Assembly: GCA_951406725.2 (NCBI GenBank)
Contig: OX597817.1
Coordinates: forward strand, 53,072,001 to 53,136,000
DNA length: 64,000 nt
Source of the DNA: Octopus vulgaris
Lineage: Eukaryota
Reading direction: 5' to 3'
Made by a program: the position numbers and the translations under genes. Shown here piece by piece: positions 55,738 through 64,000 of this stretch (positions are counted from its first letter, which is position 1; every line of letters starts with the position of its first letter). The notes under the pieces were generated by a model. That model saw nothing but the letters and a program-made list of their open reading frames with translations. It was not told the DNA's origin and did not search any database.

Positions 55738-56216
55738 AAATACTGCAGATAAATATAAAACTCGATAAAAATAATCTGATGCTTTATCATAAATTTCCAT
55801 GTCTCAGATAAAGATTGTCGCCACTAGGTGGCAGTTGTTCGGTCCCTTGTTTGCAATATGCCGGACACAGATATTGTGTTGTTAACTAGCTGGAGGTGTC
55901 CGACAAACAGCCGCTGATTTTGCAACAAGCCATGTTGCTTGTTCTAAAATCTCCATAAGAGATGTAAGTAGTAAACTCTAGTGAAAAGTAATGTTTGTTA
56001 CTACCCCAACGTGGTTGTTCTGCGTAGAACAGTGTTAGTAGTCTTTTTAAACCCAGGAGGACACCTCCAGCTAGTTAACAACACAATATCTGTGTCCGGC
56101 ATATTGCAAACAAGGGAGCGAACAACTCCCACCTAGTGGCGACAATCTGAGACATGGAAATTTATGATAAAGCATCAGATTATTTTTATCGAGTTTTATA
56201 TTTATCTGCAGTATTT
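55738..56216. mobile_element. Foldback/MITE-like element with about 160-bp inverted arms
   Basis: 55738-55901 versus 56059-56216, spacer about 157 bp; no clear TSD. Confidence 0.7.
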
Positions 56217-56457
56217 TAAGCTCTTTTATTTTAGGCTTTCTTCTTGGGTGACCGACAGTTGATCAGTTTTGAATGGCTTGGCTTAGTTGAATATTTTATT
56301 TATTTGTCAACACATTCAAATTCTATTTTAGCTGTAATATTTTAAGCTCTTTTGTTTTATTTTAGGCTTATTTCTTGTCTTGTATTTTTCTAGGTTTATT
56401 AAATACTTAAGAATATTGTTACCCCTTGCTTGCATTTTTCCTTTTCGTATGTATATT

Positions 56458-56690
56458 TATTTCTTTACTACCCACAAGGGGCTAAACACAGAGGGGACAA
56501 ACAAGAACAGACAAAGGGATTAAGTCGATTACGTCGACCCCAGTGTGTAACTGGTACTTAATTTATCTACCCCGAAAGGATAAAAGGCAAAGTCGACCTC
56601 GGCGGAATTTGAACTCAGAGCGTAACGGCAGACGAAATACCGCTAAGCAGTTCGCCCGGCATGTTAACGTTTCTACCAGCTCGCCGCCTT
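56458..56690 (-). mobile_element. SINE family B monomer with Tx1-like tail
   Basis: Reverse complement of the 23029-23260 type. Confidence 0.85.
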
Positions 56691-56699
56691 ATTTTCGTA

Positions 56700-57720
56700 T
56701 ATATATTGTCAATGTATCATACATCCGCATAAGAAGCACACTCTAGAATATAGAGCAGTGAAGTATTAAAGCAATTAAGTTAAAGTCTGGTCAAAGAGTG
56801 ACCAATGGTTTCGCATCCACGAAAGCTACAGCCTTGTGGGCAGCTCAACAGACTCTATGCAAAGGCAATTTTAACTCTTCGCCTCTCGAAGGTGGAAAGT
56901 TGTTACGGTTGATTGGTCAAAAGGCCATCAGAGAATGAAAGTTCCGGCGTTGGTGAGGACGGGTTGTCTCCCCTAGAGCAGCCAATATTGGGAAATAGGA
57001 ATTTATCTCGCAGCCTGCTAACAGATCTTAAGGACTCTTACAAGCTTAATCAGCGAGCAGGGAATCCCAGTTTTGCAGCAGGTAGCGCTTGAAATGGACG
57101 CATTGTGTGACTATTTCTTGACGGGCGTTCAGCGATACAGGCCTAATAGAATCTTTAAATATTCTGGCTCGCTCAGCTATGCAGAGTTTGCAGCGCCTGC
57201 TCCCTTTGATGTAGGGGCCCGGTTGTTCTAAGATCTTCCACATGATATCGTATGGGGTCCTTTGATCTTTGAGGTGCCACTCATGTCTGGCTAGGGATGT
57301 GACGAATCGTCTTTCTGGGACCCTGAAGAGTGACCGGTGATTATACCAGCGTCGCTTAAAAGCCGTGCTGGCCGATTCTATGTATTTACAGGCTTGGATG
57401 CTGACTGTGTTCGCATCGCTGGTGCATCTCTCGTTGGCTCCGGGCCTGGGGATGTTGTTGTTAGGGGTGTTGTTGGGACCGCCGTCATTGCTGCTATCAT
57501 TATAACGCACGGGTCCGGCGGAGGTGCCGTGGCTGTTGACACTGTGGTTGTTATCGACGTGGTGGTCGTCGCTGGCCGCAGGGTTGGCGGTGCCGGCGGT
57601 GGCATGGGTACTGTCGATGATGTGAGTACCGTTGCTAGTAATGTAGGGTGTGGGGCCGTTTACTTCATTGACGCTGTTGGTATCGGTCTGTAACGTTGGT
57701 ACTAGGGTCCTTGGCGTCAG
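56700..57720 (-). mobile_element. Penelope-like element 3' part (GIY-YIG endonuclease and pseudo-LTR)
   Basis: KYIESASTAFKRRWYNH..TSLARHEWHLK..WKIL..CKLCIAE..LNARQEIVTQCVH, stop at 57046; downstream hammerhead; terminal sequence recurs at 7523-7613. Confidence 0.85.
56794..56858 (-). ncRNA. Type I hammerhead-like motif (core CUGUUGA) in the Penelope pseudo-LTR
   Basis: Minus strand AGAGT-CTGTTGA-GC..CCAC...GTGG..GC-GAAA-CC-ATT-GG-TC-ACTCT. Confidence 0.65.
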
Positions 57721-57721
57721 T

Positions 57722-57832
57722 GCTGGTTCAGTCCCACTGCGTAGCACCTTCGACAAGTGTCTTTTCCTGGGCCGATAAAAGCCTTGTGAGTGGATTTGGT
57801 CGACGGAAACTGAAAGAAGCCTGTCATATATG

Positions 57833-57889
<57 letters not shown>

Positions 57890-57893
57890 ATAC

Positions 57894-57926
<33 letters not shown>

Positions 57927-58140
57927 TGTATGTATGTATGTATGTATGTATCTGTGTATGTATGTCTGTCTTTATCTTCCCATCACCGCTTGACAACCGG
58001 TGTTAGCGTGTTTATGTACCCGTAACTTAGCGGATCGGCAAAAGGAAACGATAGAATAAGAACTAGGCTTAAGAAATAAGTCCTTCAAAGTGGTGCTCCA
58101 GCATGGTCGCTGTCGAAGGACTAAACCTAAAGAATAAAAT
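57722..58140 (+). mobile_element. SINE family A copy, 5'-truncated
   Basis: Family A body abutting the Penelope fragment. Confidence 0.8.
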
Positions 58141-58203
58141 ATATACATATATTAACACTTATATTAATACTTATAAATATACACACATACGCACATACAC
58201 ACG

Positions 58204-58248
<45 letters not shown>

Positions 58249-58594
58249 GCACACACGCACACACATATACAAGGATAGAAGGGAAGAAAGAAGAGGCAAA
58301 GATACACACGCATATATACACGTGTAAAGTTTTAGAAGTCTTACATACACGTATATGTGTGCGTGTACATGTGTATGTATGTGTGTGTGTGTGTGTGTTA
58401 TGTACGTGAGCAAAATTCTGTACAGTTGGATACACAGTGATTTCTTCAATGTTCGCTGTCTTTTGCATATGTGTGCGTGCGTGTAGTGCATAAGTGTGTA
58501 TGTGTGTGTGCGCCTCTGGGCGTATGTTTGTGTCTGTGTGCGTGTGTGCGTGTGTGCGCTTGTGGGCATACATACATACATGAATTCGATTAAT

Positions 58595-58990
58595 ATTCTT
58601 TTCTACTCTAGGCATAAGGCCCAAAATTTTATGTGGGGAAGGGGCCAGTCGATTAAATCGACCCCCAGTACGTAACTGGTATTTAATTCATCGACCCCGA
58701 AAGGATGAAAGATAAAGTCGACCTCGAACTCAGAACATAAAGACAGACGAAATACCTATTTCTTTATTACCCACAAGGGGCTAAACATAGAGGGGACAAA
58801 CAAGGACAGACATAGGTATTAAGTCGATTATATTGACCCCAGTGCGTAACTGGTACTTAATTTATCGACCCCGAAAGGATGAAAGGCAAAGTCGACGTCG
58901 GCGGAATTTGAACTCAGAACGTAACGACAGACGAAATACCGCTAAGCATTTCGCCCGGCGCGCTAACGTTTCGGCCAGCTCTCTGCCTTG
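58595..58990 (-). mobile_element. SINE family B dimer with TSD
   Basis: Flanked by GAATTCGATT(A/T)ATATT on both sides (58582 and 58993). Confidence 0.85.
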
Positions 58991-59750
58991 ACGAATTCGA
59001 TTTATATTGTAAACAGATGACTACCTCAAAGGGACTTCTAACGTTAATGCGATACATGTGCAGTATGTGCATGTGTGTCTGTGTCTAATATGGCAAGGAC
59101 AAAACTGTCCTTTGAACTTCGTTCACAATACAAATAAGCGGCGGTCACTCTCTGTAACAGTTGCACGTACTAAGTAAATAAAGTCAAGGGAAGTAACTCC
59201 TGTAGTTAAGCTACAACTTTATATTGATCTGTTGTTATTAGCAACAGATAACAGCAAAACGATTTTATATATTTGAACATGTCGAAAGTATCGACCAGCA
59301 AAATGTGGCTTACAGGAATGATACACAATGCTCCTAAAACTAAAGGTACCTCTGATTATTTTCTTTGTTTTAGGGTCCACTGCTAATTACAATATATATC
59401 CAATGAAAATGCTGCGAAGGAAGCGACGAATACGTTTGCCAGAATTTAGTTATGTTGGTGTTGTTGTTGTTGTTGTTGTTGTTGTTGCTATTGTCGGTGT
59501 TGTTAATGGTTTTTTTTTTGTTAATCACAGATCAATTTCAACCGATTATTCCAACCGTGACTCCCATGTCTCTCTAGAAGTATATTTAGACCTACATTAT
59601 TCAAAGTGCTCTTTCTCGGCTATGGCAGGTGTGTTATTTGAGGGAGATTTTGGTACTATTTCTAGCAACCACAGAGAGGTTTCTTCTCTCTCTCTCTCTC
59701 TCTCTCTCACTCTCTCACACACACACTGTCTGTATATCTATATATATCTA

Positions 59751-59841
<91 letters not shown>

Positions 59842-59844
59842 TTT

Positions 59845-60020
59845 TATTCTTTAACTTGCTTCAGTCATTTGACTGCGGCTATGCCGGAGCACCGTCTTTT
59901 GTCGAACAAATCGACCCCAGTACTTATTCTTTGTAAATCTAATACTTACTATATCGGTCACTTTTGCCGAACTGCCAGATTACGGGGGCGTAAACACATC
60001 GACATCGGTTGTCAAGTGAT

Positions 60021-60054
<34 letters not shown>

Positions 60055-60230
60055 GCACATATAAATATAAATACATATACGGGCTTCTTTCAGTTTCCAT
60101 CTGCCAAATCCACTCACAAGGCTTTTGTCGGCCCGATGCTATAGTAGAAGACACTTTCCCAAGGTGCCACGCAGTGGGACTGAACCCGGAACCACGTGGT
60201 TGGTGGTTGGGAAGCAAACTTCTTACCATA
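59845..60230 (-). mobile_element. SINE family A copy
   Basis: Family A 3' end, body and degenerate head. Confidence 0.8.
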
Positions 60231-60287
60231 CAGTCATATATATATCTATACAAGAAAGCACACAAAAACACAACGCGAGGACGTATA

Positions 60288-60329
<42 letters not shown>

Positions 60330-60448
60330 GACCACGTGCGAACACTGGCGCTTCAGTAGTGGGGGATAAATACACACACACACACAAACACACATATGCA
60401 TACATACATACATACATACATACATACATACATACATACACACATACA

Positions 60449-60484
<36 letters not shown>

Positions 60485-60490
60485 TGTATG

Positions 60491-60521
<31 letters not shown>

Positions 60522-61186
60522 GCATGTATGTATATATATATATTTTTTTACGACCAGGCTATCAGATGTTGCTACACATCGCTGGTCACAATGCACTTTG
60601 CATTATTTTAGCCTTCAAATGACGCCATCCCGCTGGCTAAGCGAGCAGGCCAATTTATATATATATGTATGTTATGTATATGTATATGTATAAATGTATG
60701 TATGTCTGTCTGTATGTATGTATGTATGTATGTATGTATGTATGTATGTATGTATGTATGTATGAATGTATGTATGTATGTATGTATGTATGTACGTACG
60801 TACGTACATACGTATGTATGTATGTATGTATGTATGTATGTATGTATGTATGTATGTATGTATATAGTTAACGGAAGAGATCCAGTGATTCTCCGTATAA
60901 GAAGACACTAATGCTCCAAAGATTCAAACTTAGACTCCGATATCTCTACAGGGGAATGATTCCTCAAGTAAAGAAAGCTTGTGAGAGGGCTCCAGTTTGG
61001 CGGGTATAGAGATGATTATACGGATAAACAAATTAGACACATCAAATACTGTAAATATATTAAATACATGAAATGCAAAATATATAAATATGCATATTTT
61101 GTATTTAATATATTTAATGTGTCTAATTTATTTATCCGCATAATTGCTTCTCCTTTCTCTCTCTCTCTTTCTGTATGTGTGTGTAA

Positions 61187-64000
61187 TTGTACAGCAGCTG
61201 ACCTGGCTTCATCAAACCCAAGCCCGCAGGTGGGACTACCCACTATATACCAGACCACCACCACAGCAAACAGACCCAGGATGGGCACCACCGGCAACAA
61301 CGTACACCTAACCTCGATGCTCCTACTGAACATCAGAGGACTGCAAACACTCAGTAACAGGACAAAAATCCCGTTCCTGAGAGATTTTGTTGCATGCAAT
61401 CAAGCCTTATGCATAGCACTAACGGAAACGCACCTGAAACCGGATATAGCAGATGCGGAGTTACACATACCACAGTATGCTGTACTACGGACCGACAGGA
61501 AAGAAAGGAGTCATGGAGGTGTTGCTATGTACATCCGTGAGGACCTCACACCCCAGGTCCTCTTGTCATACTCAAACTCGGTGTGTGACACACTAATTGT
61601 ACATATTAGGCAACTTGATGTAGTTGTGTGTGCTACATATCGCCCTCCAGATGCCCCAAGCCATGTGGGCCAGTTTGAAGACTGCCTTATAAAAATAGAA
61701 GAAGTTCTAACCACATTAGAACAACACATAAGTGTACTTCTTATGGGAGACTTCAATCTGCCAAATGTCAGATGGCCCGAGGGCCTTTCTCTCCCAGGAA
61801 TGACAAGATGTGAACGAGGACAGGCGAGGTCCCTCCTGAACCTCATCAACACCCTGTACATGGAGCAGGTAATACTCCAACCAACCAGGGCAGGTAACAC
61901 ACTGGATCTCTGCTTCACAAATGACATGGATCTCATCCATAATGTGAAAGTGACACCGACACTACTCTCGGATCACAACATGATAGAGCTGACCATGTAC
62001 GGGCCAAAAGAGAGCACGGACATGCAGCCTACAAGAAACCCCAGAATCTTTCCAGCTTGAACTACCATAAGGCAAACTGGAAACAAATTGAGAAAGAGAT
62101 CCTCAAACAAAACTGGCCTAAATGTCTCTCCTCGCCAGACATCGACGTGAAACTTCAACAATTCATGTCTGTAATGCAAGCCATATGCTACAAATATGTC
62201 CCAGAGAGAAAGGCCACTGTACACAAGAACAAAATCCCCAGAGAGAGGAAAATTCTAATGAGACGGCGTACAAAATTTTCAAATCGCCTAAACAAACAGA
62301 TTGAAAGCAGTGAAAAGTCCCGCCTAAAAATAAAACTGTTGGAAATCGAAAAATGTCTGAAACTCTCCCATGAAAAGGAAAGAGCAGACAAAGAAGCCTG
62401 GGCTATAGACAACATAAAATCTAACCCCAGAGCTTTCTACAGGTATGCCAAAGAAACAGCTACGGTGCACTGTAGAATAGGGCCACTCCTCGAAAAGGAT
62501 GGCACACTTACAGGAAAACCAATGAGGGTAAGTGAAATACTGAATGAGCAATTCAAGAGTGTTTTCACTCCACCCCTTGGGCATCTCCAAATCACCAATC
62601 CAACTGACTTTTTTACCACTGCAGATATAAAATCAGAGGCGGCGACGATAGATTACATCGATATAAAGGAAGACGATGTAATCAAGGCTATAGATGAAAT
62701 GAAAACAGACTCAGCTATTGGCCCCGATGGATTCCCGGCAATCCTCCTAAAAGCATGTAAGAGAGTCCTAGCAAGACCACTGCAGTTCCTCTTTCAGAGC
62801 TTCCTTGCAGCTGGCAAACTTCCAAGAAAACTGAAGGAAGGTAAAATATGCCCCATTCATAAAGGAGGTAGCAGAGCGGAAGCCAAGAACTATAGACCTA
62901 TCTCTCTGACCTCACACATCAGCAAGGTCATGGAACGAATAGTCAGAAGGAAGCTGATCACCTTCCTTGAAGAAAATGACTTGCTGCCCGACACCCAACA
63001 TGGTTTCCGACCAGGGAGAAGCTGTTTAACTCAGCTCCTACAACACTATGACTGGGTGCTGAAACGGCTGCTCAACCACTCAAATGTGGAAGTGATATAT
63101 CTCGACTTTGCAAAGGCCTTTGATAAAGTCGATCATGGAATGATATGTCACAAACTGCGTGATCTCAACATAGTTGGAAAACTGGGAGAATGGCTTCATG
63201 ACTTTCTGAAAGATAGAAGTCAGGTGGTAGTGGCCAATGGGGCCACTTCCATTAACACGCAAATAGTGAGCGGTGTTCCGCAGGGCACTGTTCTGGGACC
63301 ACTACTGTTCATAATGGCCCTCTCAGACATGCCCTCAGCCACGCAGAGAGCCACGATCACAAGTTATGCAGATGATACAAAAGTTTCACAGGCAATACAG
63401 AACCCTGAGGACACTAAACACCTGCAATGTGAGCTAGACAAAATATACAAGTGGGCCGAAAAGAATAGCATGCAGTTCAATGCTGAAAAGTTTCAAGCTC
63501 TATACTATCAGCATGCAAAACTAAATGCAATACCCAATCAATACACTGGACCCGGAGGAATAGCAATCCCAGAGGCACAATCAGTGCGTGACCTAGGTAT
63601 TTACATGAGTGATGACGCGACCTTTCGTGTACATGTTGCTAAATTGGCGATGAAATGTAGACGACTGGCCGGATGGATCCTCAGAACCTTTAGAACAAGA
63701 GAACAAGAAACCATGATGGTCCTCTGGAGGACACTTGTCCTAAGCCACTTTGACTACTGCTCTCAGTTATGGTCACCATCCAGTGTCAAGTTGATCACAG
63801 AGCTCGAGGCGATCCAACGTAGCTACACGAAGAAGATAGCCTCTATGCAGAATGTAAGCTACTGGGAAAGACTCAAGAAATTAAAATTATATTCCCTGGA
63901 GCGTAGGCGGGAAAGATATGCCATAATATACATCTGGAAGATCCTGGAGGGAAGTGTCCTGAACTTTGGCATCGAGAGTTACGCAAATGCCAGAACTGGG
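61187..64000 (+). mobile_element. CR1-type LINE, 5'-truncated, continues past the window end
   Basis: Coding-like sequence begins after the (CT)n(TG)n tract; APE and RT domains. Confidence 0.9.
61281..64000 (+). pseudogene. CR1-type ORF2 (APE endonuclease plus RT) with a single frameshift near 62040
   Basis: LNIRGL, LTETHL, GGVAMY, YRPP, GDFNLP, LDLCF, SDH; the frame starting at 62042 reads GPDG, NYRPISLTS, QHGFRPGRSC, YLDFAKAFDKVDH, GVPQGTVLGP, YADD (63365), YSLERRRERY. Confidence 0.92.

Noticed and set aside
57046-57996. 316-aa ORF as a real gene
   Set aside because: The N-terminal third is read-through from an adjacent SINE and microsatellite; only the Penelope part is meaningful.
60981-61186. 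N-terminal extension of the 359-aa LINE ORF
   Set aside because: It comes from an unrelated AT-rich inverted repeat and (CT)n upstream of the element.

Overview
Gene-poor, AT-rich eukaryotic DNA dominated by microsatellites ((TA)n, (CA)n, (TACA)n, (GATA)n, (GA)n) and transposable elements. The SINE repertoire and repeat density point to an octopus (coleoid cephalopod) genome; this is an inference. I found no convincing host gene, and most of the ORF track is microsatellite translation. Real coding sequence comes from retroelements. The window holds a near-intact full-length HERO-type restriction-endonuclease-like (RLE) non-LTR retrotransposon (about 38278-41817) plus a 5'-truncated sister copy, a young CR1-type LINE running off the right edge, several Tx1/L1-type fragments, RTE fragments and two Penelope GIY-YIG remnants. 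It also holds mariner and Helitron-like non-autonomous elements and three tRNA-derived SINE families. The most striking signal is in the HERO 3' UTR: all hammerhead ribozyme core motifs (GUC, GAAA, CUGAUGA) are present with stems I and III formed, but in a non-circularly permuted, pseudoknotted order, and this holds in both copies. At least six minimal type I hammerheads sit in short Penelope-derived repeats. One SINE appears to have taken its 3' tail from the Tx1 LINE. Coordinates were read by eye and repeat boundaries are approximate.
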